Source: Marsupella aquatica (lineage: Eukaryota; Plantae; Marchantiophyta). From it: a DNA stretch of 64,000 bases. The stretch covers positions 20,922,260-20,986,259 of the forward strand of contig OZ316897.1 of assembly GCA_973895155.1 (NCBI GenBank), read 5' to 3'. Numbering within the stretch: position 1 is the stretch's first letter; the number at the start of each line of letters is the position of its first letter. The position numbers and the translations under genes are program-made. The notes beneath the pieces were generated by a model that was not told where the DNA came from, searched no databases, and worked only from the letters and a program-made list of their open reading frames with translations. Positions 52,001 through 64,000 of this stretch are shown piece by piece.

Positions 52001-55000
52001 TTTAATGCACACACCATTAAACCATTTGAGAGGTTATTCACCCTCACTGAGATCATCTGTGAAATTGGATATACTTACGAGAATAGCGATACATTCCGAA
52101 TGACCTGAAATTCCAAAAGTAACGACATAGTCAGTGCTCAAAGCTTGTGGAAAGAAATACAGGATTCCATTCTCGTCACATACCACTAATATAGCTAATT
52201 CTAACTATTTGTCCTAGGTAGGACTGGCTTTCGTGGGCAGGTCCAACCTCCTGCGGGACACAAAGTAAACACGAAGTGTACGATTCTGGACTTGAAAGAA
52301 CAGAAAAACATCAACAATGATACGATTAGAACTACGGTATCCATTATTCAGATAGCAATTCAATGATATAAACTATCATATCTTCGGCCGAGAAAAAGGC
52401 TAGATCCCCCTTCTTCCATCAGTCGAGCTACTGTTAAAAAAGGGTGGAAGTTGCATTGTGCTATTTGGTAAAACCAGCTGCCATCTGCTTACCATTGTGA
52501 CCATCTGGAGCAACTTTGTCTTTTGGAAATCGAAGAAACTGCGCAGTCAGTGAAACAATATCAGAAGAGTCACGAATCACGTCTAGTCCACAGTTGGCTC
52601 AAGGCTTATTACAGAGTGCCTCGTTCGCTACTTCTGCGTCAATTGGAGACGCCTAGCAAGATTGTCCTTTTATAATAATATACCATAATTCATTCACTGT
52701 TTCGTCTACCTTGCCCTCGAAGTTGAATTAGATCAGTGATCTGAATTCTGTCAAGGGTCGCCTCTCTCTAGAATTCATCATGATGAATCTGGGAAGAGTC
52801 CTGATTGAAAAATTGTTTTGCGAACAAATGGACCGGAGTACAGCGCAATTACCATAAAGGTAATATGAAGACGGAAAAAATGCACAGAAACAGGTCGAAA
52901 CCCCAATAGGGCACATCGTCGCCATAAGTAAAGCTCAACAAGGACCGCACAACGACGGTAGAATAAATCACTCCGTCTCCGAACAAATAAACCTGTGTTC
53001 ACCAAAAGCCACAAATTTGTCACGAAAAGCTCTAATCCTTAGAATACGGTTGACACTCAGCTATCAGGGAATGAAAAGCTTGACATATTGCCAACGATTA
53101 TCAGCAACGTTTACTGCAGGTTTTTCACACGTCGACTCGTCTTACAACCCCTGACTGCTTCATTTCCCATGACACGTCAAGTGTCCTGCTTTCGCCGTAA
53201 GATTTTGCAATTGAAAATGTGTTGTGTCCATCAGATCAACTCGTGTACATAGTGTGGTCATTGGTTGAGGAGTGTTGGGTGTACGTGAAAAATGAGGTTC
53301 TAAAGACGACGATTGGGGTGGTCTCAACAACCAGTCCTTGATCTAACAAGTTCAGGCCTCTATTTGGTAAAGTAAACAGGTAAAGCAGTCTATCCATTAG
53401 GAATATGATACACATCATGCTGGCTTGAAGGTTTGAACTTAAATAAACACAGAAGTGTCAATCAAAGCCAATTACACTTGATTTGGGAAGATCTGATCAG
53501 GCTAGGACCAATCATGTTGACTGCAGAGTATTTTTCAGCATTGTTTATGGAGGAATTGACTTACAATAAGAACTGAGAAGAATACGATCAAACCCGCTCT
53601 GTTGTAATATAAATTCTGCACATGATTGAATAAAAGTTCAGTACAGTTATTGATATCCGTTAGACATAAGGACAGAATCCAGGAGGACTGAAGAAATCAT
53701 GTTAGAGGATTTAAGTTGCAAACCAAGAAACTTTGTCAGATCAAAGGATTTAAAGAACAAATTAGACTCAAACTCACAGCCATTTGACCAAGCTCGGTCT
53801 TCTCGGTGATATCATAAGGATCTTTATCCAAAGTAGATTCCCCGTGAGGTAGCAAATGTGAACGCTCTGTAGAACCGTTATCAGGCAGCAACTCCTGAGA
53901 TGCAGCACATTCTTCAACTATGATCCTTGAACATTGCAGCATCATTATAAAGACTTCGAGAGCGGCGAAGCTCAAACTAATTAAAACTTTGATCCAGAAT
54001 CTCACCATGGGTACCTCGATAAGGTTACTCTGAGTCACAAAAGCAAATTTCAATCATATGAAATCACAGTCAACGTGTTCAGGCTTACAAATAGAACCTT
54101 TTTTTCCAGCCGAATGAGAGCATTGGTGGTAGCCATTGACTCCAGCGTAAACGTGACAGTGACATAACTGCAACGGCACGAGCAATTGTAAGCTCAAAGT
54201 GTCAATTTGGGTTTATAAATTGACATCTCAATGAGCACCTTCATCAATTTCCCCAATTGCGAAAACTTTCAACAGCTGAGGTCCTCGTCAAGACACAGAC
54301 AAAAATGATTACCTTAGAACCGAAACTAGGAGAATGAAAATGCCACCCAAAAGCTGCAACGCGAACAATTATGACCACCTCAGTTCTTCGGCGTCTAAGT
54401 CATTCTTGGCTACAACAACGTAATTCTTCAACATCCTAGTCAGGTTGATCTTGATTATAAACAGTGATCTCAAAACTCACTTGCAGGCATGGCATTTGCA
54501 AACTGAAAGAGAGTACGTTACAACGAGACAAAATTGCAAATTCGGAGACAGAATCTGCAAGAGCATGTCCCGTCGCGGGCAAAAGAAAACGTGGCCCGCA
54601 CTAATCCATTCTACTCAATTTAGGGGCGAACGAGAAGCGAGATGGTTTTGACCCGCTCTAAAGAATCCGCGAATGTTCTCCATGAGTAACAATTTAAAAA
54701 TCTGGGGATAGTTCATGATTGGCTAACCCTGTTTTACCTCCTGATTGTTGTATAGTTTAATTTTCCAAACTCCTCCGAGGCAAATAGAAAAAAAAAAACA
54801 CAAAATCCCCGAAGGTGATGTTTGGAGAGATAAAATACTTTCTGTCTTGAAAGACTTTCGTTAAATACGTACCCAGCCTCCAAAAATGAGCACGGATGGA
54901 AGTGCGAGGACGCCCGTTCCAATCACCAAGTTGAAAATGTAGCTGCATCAACCATCAATGTCTGTTGCTTTTGAGAGCTGAATTGACAGCCTACTTATCC

Positions 55001-55868
55001 GATTAGAAGAGAAACATTGGCAGCTTCCACAAGTACGTGAGAAGAGGCATTAACTTGTGACATGGAATTAAAATCAGGTCTAGTCTCCAGCATTCTGGAG
55101 CTTGAAATGACGGATTTTGACTTCTAATCCTTGGTGGCATAAAGGATCATCATAAATTATCATCTTTACTGCGGTCAGTAATTTATGATGATTTTGACTT
55201 CTAATCCTTGGTTCAATCATCATAAATTACTGACCGCAGTGAAGAGAGTGTGCAGTCAGTAACTCACAGAACAAACCACAAAAAAGTCGCTTAACAAAAA
55301 ATGTTTCGTACTTTCAATTAGTTTGATGTGATGATTTTATCTCAAAGTCAGTTTCACACGTAGTTTTCATCGTCCGATACTTGAAAGACAATATGTCCTC
55401 TCCTCTATCCCGTTTCGGGCCATCTCAAGTGCTGGATAGCGAAAGCTGTTGCGACAATTCATAGCAACTTCCTATTTCTTCAAAAAGAAGGACAATTAAA
55501 TTCTGCTCATCGCGGAGACACTCTAGGCGTTTAAGTTCCTCTTCCTGCCAGGTTTGATGCAAGATAACAGCAGCATCAGTGGTTTCTTTATTTGAGAGTG
55601 CAATTCGTCGACTCTACCTCCCAACGCACTTGGCATGCACTTTAAATGATTTGGACACCTCGTTGTGAGAAAGCATTTCCAGCGCGTTTAGCACGCATCA
55701 AAACACGATACTACTCCGTTGTTCCCAAAGATTGGAATCAGGAAGAAATTTCTTATCACATATCGCAAAGGAAGAGACACAAGGCAAGCGCTAGATATGG
55801 TCCAGAGAGGCAACATACATGAAAGCAATGCCGGACGAGTACTGAGATGAGGCTGGTAACCCTGCCAT
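49074..55868 (-). CDS. TMEM104: TMEM104-like (Aa_trans / AAAP-SLC38 superfamily) transmembrane amino-acid transporter, 18 coding exons
   Basis: Spliced translation reads MAGLPASSQYSSGIAFIYIFNLVIGTGVLALP..YVTVTFTLESMATTNA..PYDITEKTELGQMA..VYLFGD..FFDFQKTKLLQ..LPNLFGGAVYSFMCHHSLPSIITP..FPVFTLSSNYPMLLITLRNN..LVGFTGGFAGCCIMFIIPA..HASPFGGDKWVYAVLLW, colinear with recalled animal TMEM104 motifs. Approximate exons: 55868-55819, 54942-54873, 54353-54313, 54167-54098, 53934-53779, 53616-53566, 52991-52852, 52539-52494, 52103-52078, 51799-51726, 51470-51417, 51208-51087, 50952-50908, 50543-50505, 50240-50156, 49958-49851, 49541-49437, 49248-49074. An in-frame upstream ATG exists near 56003. Confidence 0.9.
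55163..55245. repeat. Inverted repeat: 31-bp stem (30/31), 21-nt loop, in transporter intron 1
   Basis: tctttactgcggtcagtaatttatgatgatt (55163-55193) vs aatcatcataaattactgaccgcagtgaaga (55215-55245). Confidence 0.95.
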
Positions 55869-56213
55869 TTTGCCCGAACAGCTTCCTCCCTTTCGCGCTG
55901 TCAGTTTTAACCAAGAGAATCGCGTTAAGTTTGAATTCGACAGCCGACCTTGACCATTTTGACTGTTCATTTCCAATTGCGATATTCTCTTGCTCAAGTC
56001 CATCAAGCTGCAATATGCATCTAGGCAGCATTCTAACTTCCAGAGCTCGCCTCAACGTCGCATGAAATGCAGAGTTCACAGGGCGAAAAACACTTTCTTC
56101 GAATCACTGGCAACAGAAGCTGTATTTGAGCTGCCTTCAACATGTTCATTTGCGACAAATTAGAGCACTAGTCGTACGAGTTATCTATTCGAGCACCTAA
56201 AAATAATCGACCA

Positions 56214-56289
56214 AAACTTAAATAATTGTCAATTCCTTCCGCGACGAAACTTAAATGATTGTCAATTCCTTCCGCGACGAAACTTAAAT
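56214..56289. repeat. Tandem repeat, 2.3 x 33 bp
   Basis: aaacttaaat(a/g)attgtcaattccttccgcgacg. Confidence 0.9.
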
Positions 56290-57741
56290 TTATTCTAATG
56301 GTGGCAATGTCTATTTTAATCCTTCTCTTCGGTTTCCTTGGACCGTTCTATGCGTGAAAGTCTGCGCATACCTTAATCTTGAAGGGCGACCGGCCGCAAT
56401 AAACAACAAGCTCGCAATATTTCAGCGAATAATTCCGTGACCGTGATTAAAAGACCTGCAAAGTGGAGAGTCTAAACTTCCCTCTTTCCGTCTGGCCACT
56501 CAATTTCGTATCATTCTGCAGTCCGAGCATCGGTAATGCATACACGATCCTTTCGCACTCCGAAAGTTTGACTACAACAACAGGACAAAGCGGGGAATTT
56601 CCTGCTGTCAGAGTGCTGCATTTTCAATTCCTAGATCTCCAGGGCGTACAATCCTACGCATTCTCGCAACAGACAATAATGATCCATCCCGGATAAAAAT
56701 CTGCAACTTCCTCGAGTTGACCAAAGCCGTGCTAATTCTTGATCAGACATCATGCACACAACAACTGAGCGAAAAGCAACCTTGCCAACTAATTTCCCCG
56801 AAAGCCAAACACCGCGCAACCACACGAAGTCCTCATCGCTGACTCCTTTTCACTGGATTGGGTTGATGCTTGCCAGCCGGTATAAGGTAACAGGGAAGGA
56901 CAGAATAATGAGCATAATTCCCTACACCTACAACCGCAGCAGGTAGGAAACTAACCGCCTAGTTTAAGTTCGTGCTTTCTGACCGCTGGATGAAGGAAAT
57001 GCAACGGGACATCATTCCATCCTACGCACCACTCCAGACTACAACAACACGTCGCAGGACTTCCGTTTTGAGAACCGCGCACCTCGTCGATCTCTGCCAG
57101 GTCGTGGGTGGTATGTGGCGAGACCACACGACGACGAATTCGCGCAATCCTCCCCCGTCCACAACGAGAGCACGTCGAAATTGAACCAAAAGCAGAAGTC
57201 CCCCGTCACAACGAGAGCACGTCAAAACATATGTACTACTCCTACCTCAAGTCGACTCCAGTCAGCGCACGATCCATCCCCGCTTCGCCACTCAATCAGA
57301 CCCTTCAAACATCATGCAGCCAGAAACGCAACGAGAAGCCGAGGTACCAATCAGCGCTACAAATTCCACAACCCCGCATTCAACATGACTCTGCCGGAAG
57401 CGCATCGAGAAACCGAGCAGTCATCAACTGTGCTCCAGAGCAATTCCACCGCCAACTGCAGCGCGACAAATGAGCAGCACACGCGATTCGCGTTGATGCG
57501 CCGACCGAGCAATTTTCGGCATGCGCAAACGACGATTGTAGGAATTGTAGGTGCCGAAAACATCCCCCTCCACAATAATAATTCACACCCACCTCCACAG
57601 AAACGAACACACGACAACGGATCGAATGTTGGAAAGAACATTATTTCATCATCGGCTTTCGGCGTCGAGTTTCTCCGAGCAGCCGTCAATTATCGATACG
57701 AATACTGTACACGACATTTTCACGCCCCCACGCCTTCGAGG

Positions 57742-57780
57742 GTGGGGCCCGGCACTGGTGGGGCCCGGCACTCGTGGGGC
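57742..57780. promoter_or_regulatory. 16-bp tandem repeat of GTGGGGCCC (class I TCP-type GTGGGNCC sites) upstream of the transporter
   Basis: gtggggcccggcactg gtggggcccggcactc gtggggc in a GC-rich segment upstream of the minus-strand gene. Confidence 0.4.
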
Positions 57781-57935
57781 AGAAACTGCCCCATGGAACC
57801 CGAAGGGACATGAAGGTGGCCCTGGACAACCCTCCGCGACCCGCGCTGTTCCCACCCACTCCGATGATGAAGCTGACAGCTTGCTCCCTGTGACACGTTA
57901 TTACACTACTTTAAGGATCGCAGTCAAGGATTGGG

Positions 57936-58085
57936 CTTGGAGGTCATCGACGACTCTCGTAGTGTTTCCAGCATCTGCGGGAATACGGGCCGTGGATTCT
58001 CCTGGGCGGAGCCTTGGAGGTCATCGACGACTCTTATAATGTTTCTACCGTCAGCGGTGATACAGGCCGTTGATTCTCCAGCCCG
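57936..58085. repeat. Tandem duplication, 2 x ~77 bp
   Basis: cttggaggtcatcgacgactct..tgtttc..ggccgt(g/t)gattctcc at ~57936 and ~58013. Confidence 0.85.
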
Positions 58086-58240
58086 GGGGGTGTTAACCCC
58101 TTTTCCCACTTCTTTTTGTGTCGGTCTTGTGAAGGAAACGTAAGGGAGATCCTTCCGACCGAGACCCTCTGGTACTCCAGGCAGCCTTGTTCGTCACTCT
58201 GTCCCTTTCCTTTGTATGTACTCTGTACCAGCCTGAATAC

Positions 58241-58325
58241 CCATCCTTGACCCAAAAGAGAGGTGACAACAAAATAGTACCTCCATTCCTTGACCCAAAA
58301 GAGAGGTGACAACAAAATAGTACCT
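58241..58325. repeat. Tandem duplication, 2 x ~42 bp
   Basis: tccttgacccaaaagagaggtgacaacaaaatagtacct twice. Confidence 0.92.
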
Positions 58326-59547
58326 TGCAGAAACTGGATTCCAGGCTGTTTCCCTTCAGCTCTACCCCTCTCTGTTTTTAGTCTCCACCCTCGTTTTAGT
58401 TATGCCCTTAGTTAGAGGAGCTGTTTCTCTGTCATCTCTTTCCTCTCTGTCATCTCTCCCCACCAGGTATTCTATGTTGCAAGCAAACAGGAGATTTTGA
58501 TAGCTAAGAGATTTTGATAGCGAGACAATAATGGCCAAATATCAGTTGCTTTTTGTTACCCATTACATTTTTTGTGTTTTTTTAAGGATTCCAGATTGCT
58601 AGCTAGCTTGCTAGCAAAAAAGGAGTCCCCAAAAGGGATGTTACCAACCAGGGAGTTGATAGCAAGGCAGTTGCATGTAGAAAAATAGGGGTCATGCAGG
58701 GATTTTTTTTGCTCATGCGAGTAAAATTTTTACTGTTTGCTCGCCCACTCTGTTTTTAGTCTCCACTTCACTTTTAGTTATGGCCTAGTTAGAGCAGTTG
58801 TTGCCCATTCATTTTCCCCTCTCTCTTTTCTTCTCTTTTGTATTATAGTTAGAGTAATGGCCTAGAGGCTCCACTCTATAGGCCTTTAACAGAGCTTTCC
58901 ATTGCTAATTACTAATAAGATTTAATAGAAAGATTCTAGTGGAATAGTTCAATGCCAGCGCATTGCACCAAAGGTTGCCAATGCGGAATATAAAATGGTG
59001 GGTCTAAGTAATAATTCACTATTAAAAGGTACACGTAGGGTGCCTATGGTATACACTGAAACTTCTAGACCATGACTCTAGGTCTGTTTTGCTCAGGCGT
59101 TCAGACTAGTATGAAATGAAGAAATGAATATGGTGGGCCTCTGAGATTGCAGGCGGGAAAGAAGGCGAAAACACATGCCCTGGTGTTCAGAGAGCGGTGG
59201 GGCAAAGCATGGGAAAGGCAAGGATGGGAAACAAGTGAGGGCCAGAGCCATGGTCCAGGTGCAAAAGAGTGATGGCTGCCGCAAGGTGGGGCAAGGCCCC
59301 AGGCTGGGAGGCGGGCAAGAGCTGATTTTTAGAGGCCCTCGAATACCTCCCAAAAACTGTTCCCTTACCAACCCTTCTCACAAACAAATCCCCCTCCCAC
59401 CAGAAAAAAAATGAATCTCCGCTCCCCACTTCATCCAGGTTCTCCCAGCAAATAAAATTTCACTTGCTTTCCCCCTCCATGTCCTTCCCTCACTCACACG
59501 TTCCCCTCCCCCTCTTACATGTTCCGACAGCCCGGCATCCTCAATGG

Positions 59548-59770
59548 ACTGACCAGAGAAGCAACCAAGTCAACACTAAAGAGCCCCGTGATTGCCTGAC
59601 TTGATCCTTTGTTAATATGGTAATCCTTTCGTAGCTACTGTATATGGCTGATCTGTAAGGCTGGCAGCTCAATCCACTATGCGTACAGGCTGAACAGCTT
59701 AGACGCACTGACCAGAGAAGCAATCCAGTCAACACTCAAGACCCCCGATTCCAGACTTGACATCCCAGAT
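59548..59770. repeat. Degenerate direct repeat of ~60 bp, spaced ~159 bp
   Basis: actgaccagagaagcaa..agtcaacact.aaga.cccc..gatt..gacttga at 59548 and 59707. Confidence 0.8.
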
Positions 59771-61068
59771 ACGAAACTGCGAAGGTCCTGCAGCTGAGCC
59801 TGCTTAAATTTCACGTTCTTAAGAATCAAACCACCACACCACTTAGTAAAGGTCTTCAGCCAGTAAAACCATCCGCTGTGCCATTTCCTCCAATTTCCGA
59901 ACAGGAATCTTTCGTAACCATACAGGAAACTGATATTCAAAACTTTTTAACTGTTCGTCTACCAGGTAATGGTAATGAGAGTAAGTGCAAATGAATCTTA
60001 AAATGCAGAGCCACAGTAATCATTGCACTGCGTGTAGTATTCCAAACATCGGCCCAACAGCTAGGATACAAGGAACTAAGATACGGATGGGATTGAGATA
60101 CACAAATAGGGAAGGGAAAAACCCTAGACCCGAAACATAAAGCATACAGATCAATAACGGTATCAGATAGACCATCAGGCTTGTCATCTACGCAGGACTA
60201 GAGCTAAAGCTGATGGAGCCATGCACTACAAAAAAGGAATGTCTTTTCGTGACTGGCGATTTGACCAAACAACAGATTCGTTAGACAATATGATGTGTCA
60301 AACTGTGGGGGACAGCTGCTTACTATTACAGTGAGTGGCACAACTGGTCAAAGAATTAGTTTGCACCGTATTTGCTTCCAGTGCAAACAATTACATCTCC
60401 AAAACCGACGCCTATATTTTATATATTAGTCACTGCTAGCAATAAGATGACCTCGTGGTACAACATGTGCATGTGAATTACAGACGGACCATTATATATC
60501 GAACCAAATGATATAAGGGACATTCAATTCCTCAACCATATGGCAAATGTTGCTAGGACTCCGACTCCAGCTGCGTTTTGGTGGACAAAATGTTGGGGTA
60601 GCCGAAGATTACACCTCATGTAGGGCACCCTAACATATATCTTACAGATATTTGGCCAGAAAACCTGTCGGGAAGAATGAATGCAAGAGCGTATCCTCAA
60701 AACTGCTGCTCCAAGACTTGACTTCCTCTCGGAACCTGCCCTATTTCTAGAATGATGACTGGAGCTTTGAGTCCTAAGAAAGCTTGGAAAGCAAGGACAA
60801 ACTTCCGACAGAATCACCAACCTTATATTTACAAATGAAGATTGACCTGAACCCCAGCAGTTGCACTTCCTTCACGTCATCTCCTCCCTGAGGAATTCAA
60901 GGACATGCCCATAATTGCAATATGTGGACTCTTGGCTCTTAAAAACGTTGTTAACACATACACTTACTCACGAGAATGTTCAGCAATTGGCAAGGATGTC
61001 CATCCATTTCTATATGCACGCTTGGATGGAAAGGAATGGACATACACCTCTGTTCACAAATCCCTTTC

Positions 61069-62740
61069 TTAGGAAGCCATCAGCCGAGCTATATCTTCTC
61101 TGAAAACACTGTCTCGTTGTTGGCGAGGTCCGGTCTGGAGCACACGTAGAGATGGCAGGTATTCAGTTGTAAATGATCTCGTTGTAAATGATCTCGACGG
61201 AAAACCGGTGAGTGGGGTTGAATACAGACTTCCGGACTGCTGTCTCACTGGTTGCCACCACAAGCCAAAGGTAGTTAACGCAGGAAGGGGTCTCATCACA
61301 GGCCTTGTCCTGAGTTTCAATCCATTTGTGATCCGACTCCTTAACCCTGCCCCAATAGGTCCTCGCACATGGGTTGTTTGAGAGGAAAGGCCAGTATCCA
61401 CAGAGTCCCCTAGTCGCACTGCTTTAGCTCGTTTAGACTGACTGTTCTTATTATCGATCTTGGGTGGTGACGGTCTTCCTGGTCCAGATTGACTGCTGGG
61501 AGGACATGCCCCTCGAATATTGGCTTGGGGTCGAGCTCGGTCAAGCATTCTTAGTAACCAATTGCCAACACTTCGTCCAACAGAAATATCCCGGCGTTGA
61601 ATCTCCTTGTGCACATTCAAAGCCACTGTAAATATGCTTTTTGTCCTCCTGCAGAACGAACGAGAAAAGAGATAAATGACATGGCCGGGTCACATAGCTG
61701 AAACACTGATGCACAGGGGGACCAGAAACCTTGTCGTCAATTTAGGGTTCTAAAACCCTAAAACTCTTGATTGGTCAGATTTATCGACAGATGAGAAATG
61801 AAGCACCACCACTGGCATAGAAAGCACCGCGGACCCTCCAAAACCTTGTTGACAAGTATCGCTTTTTTTCTACGATCTCCAGCCTTTACACAGAACGAAA
61901 ACTACTGTTTCTTAGCGATCTAGTAAAGAGAGGACACAGGAATCCTTTCCGGAAATATGCACAAGCACAATGCAAGTTTAGTTCCATTGAAATGACTTAT
62001 GTTTCAGTGTAGTCTCGGAGGATGCCAGATTCACCCACTTCACGGAATTTCTAGAGGATGGAAAAATAAACCCATCAAGGAGTAAAACGAGAGGGGGGTG
62101 GAGACGAGTTAAAAGCCCGGAATCATTGGAAGGCACGACTATATGACAACCATAAGACTGACATTGCGGCTTTCTATGAACTAAAGCTGATCCAACCCCC
62201 TGGTATACTCTCCCATTTTGCGACAAACACCCAGATGCATGGCGAGTAACATCCACAACCAACCGATCTACAGCTTTCCAAATGGGGAGATACAGCACTA
62301 CCAGTAAGTGCTTTATCGAACATGCCACGAGTTCTCGTCATGCGTCCCGAGTTCAGTGAAGACAACTGACGGACAAAGAACCTAAAGCTGGCTCTCCATT
62401 TTCGCTTTTAAATTCACGATTAGGGCAAAGATCTTCACCTCAGCAGCTACATGAAGCTATCACAACAACATATAAGGCCACCAACAGCTGCGAAACTGTT
62501 GTCCGAGAGAATTAAAGACACTCCATGAATCCTTCTAACAGTTCCAATCGAGAAGCTTTTACAGTGCCCAAACGAAATCTAATCACATCAACAAAGGGGA
62601 AAGGCTCACCGTTCAGTGAAATCTCGGATTCTAGGGTACTTTGTTCCCAGAACCCGTCTCTGCGTCCGCAGAGCTAAGCGGTAGGTTCGCTTCAGGCCGA
62701 GCACGTAAGCAGTCACCAAAGTGAGCTCCCATAGCACCAT
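61069..62740 (-). CDS. Conserved land-plant protein of unknown function (236 aa, two exons 62740-62610 and 61648-61069)
   Basis: MVLWELTLVTAYVLGLKRTYRLALRTQRRVLGTKYPRIRDFTER|RTKSIFTVALNVHKEIQRRDISVGRSVGNWLLRMLDRARPQANIRG matches a recalled plant family (MVLWEITLxTAYFLGLKRTYRLAL..GNWILRWLDR). Phase-2 intron CG|gtgagc..ctgcag|G; C-terminus VFREDIARLMAS. Confidence 0.88.
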
Positions 62741-64000
62741 AGCTCCGTTCCAATCCGCTTCTCGTCCTCGTCCTCCCCGATCCGACAGTTGCCTCGAAGA
62801 GTGTGGTACACGCTACGGCAATGTTCCTACTCTGGCGATCTCTCTGTCGATCTTTGCCCTGTTTGCCTGCCTGCCGTCTCTCCTGTCCTCCCCACTTACA
62901 TAATCATCGAGCACGATCAAGAGATTGGGAAAATCGTCTTGAGGTCTACTCTCGTCTACGTTTCTGTCCAGGCCTGAGCTCCGATCCTGTCACCCGAATT
63001 ATTGTCGACTAAAGTGGGACTTCGAACAAGTACCAGGCATTTTAGTTTTCCCCCAGGAGGGTTTTCGTTGGGTTCTCGTTTGCTGGGTTTGACTTCTTTC
63101 TTAGATGGGAGTCTGTCTGTCTGAATGGGCTCTTTGGTTTCATGGGTTTTTCAATTTTGGTATTTTTGTGATTTTTACTCTTTGTATTTTTGAGGCATTC
63201 AATTTACATGGCTAGAGTGGAATATGTGAAACACCATAAATGTAGTAAATGTAACACCTAAATTTATTTTCATCATACAAAACATAATAAGATATTGTAT
63301 CAAAGATCACAAAATTTGTTTTTATCTTCTTTCATATTTTTAGCCAATTGCATAGCAGCCACTTCTTGCATGGCCTTTTAATTTCAATTTTCTATTTCAG
63401 AGATTCACTTTGTCTTGTCTATTAATCACTCAAGTTTTTATGTATCATAATGTTCTAATTATGGGCATTTTGATAAATGTCTGAATACCCTCTAATCAGG
63501 ACCAGTACATTATCCTATTCGTAAAATGCCTTTGTGGTTTTTCCATTTGTAAATTTCAAGGCATTGGTGGAGAAGAATGCACACTCAAGATTTGGATCAG
63601 CTTGCCTTTAAGGTACTAAAGTCCTGTTACCATAGCATTATGGACAATAATAGTCTCTCAAGATTTGGAGCCTACTCTCATTTTGGGGGGCAACAAACAG
63701 GGTGTGCTTAAGGTATAAAGTGGAAATTGTAAGAGTTAAGTTAAAAAGGAGACATTTCTAAAATTTTATTTAACTCCTTATATGATGGGAAGTTATGAAG
63801 GAGACCTTTAAAACTACTAATGGCACCACTTCCAACTTTTTCCCAACTTGGCCGAGGGCACGGTAGATTTGCAGTGGTCCCAACCAATTTGACTCAATTG
63901 AAGGCACTTTGTAGCAGATTGAAGGTGATGAGATTAGAAGAATTGTTCCGAGTCCTTGGGCTCTGGCCCATTCCAGTTTGATTTAAGATTTTATATCTGC

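Noticed and set aside
57115-58039. Plus-strand ORFs of 232 and 162 aa
   Set aside because: Non-ATG starts, no recognisable domain, and they lie in a GC-rich upstream region containing tandem repeats.
59845-59960. Short protein-like minus-strand frame (DEQLKSFEYQFPVWLRKIPVRKLEEMAQRMVLLAEDLY)
   Set aside because: No start codon or linkable upstream exon was found, and I recognise no homology.

Overview
Eukaryotic, intron-containing land-plant DNA; a non-seed plant such as a liverwort is my inference from gene content and splice style. The first 30 kb is one minus-strand gene that I assembled from four coding exons (29805-29671, 28784-27864, 27430-27155, 26114-486), all joined by phase-0 GT-AG introns. 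It encodes a protein of about 8,986 aa. The protein starts with an MGKCSSK dual-acylation-type motif, has FFAT-like and ATG8-interacting-like motifs in its head, and continues with about 8,100 aa of Glu/Pro/Ala/Val repeats (65-aa and 106-aa units arranged in higher-order blocks) inside one uninterrupted 25.6-kb exon. It ends in a short unique tail with a CxCxxC motif. Next come a diverged direct segmental duplication (~32.0-37.0 kb and ~39.7-43.7 kb) holding a candidate small spliced gene, and four copies of a ~300-bp MITE family (13-bp TIRs, 8-bp TSDs, one copy nested in another). The window also has an 18-exon TMEM104-like amino-acid transporter gene (55868-49074, minus) with a 31-bp hairpin in intron 1, several short tandem repeats, and a two-exon conserved plant gene of unknown function (62740-61069, minus). 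I found no rRNA, tRNA or CRISPR array. Family assignments come from recalled sequence motifs, not database searches.
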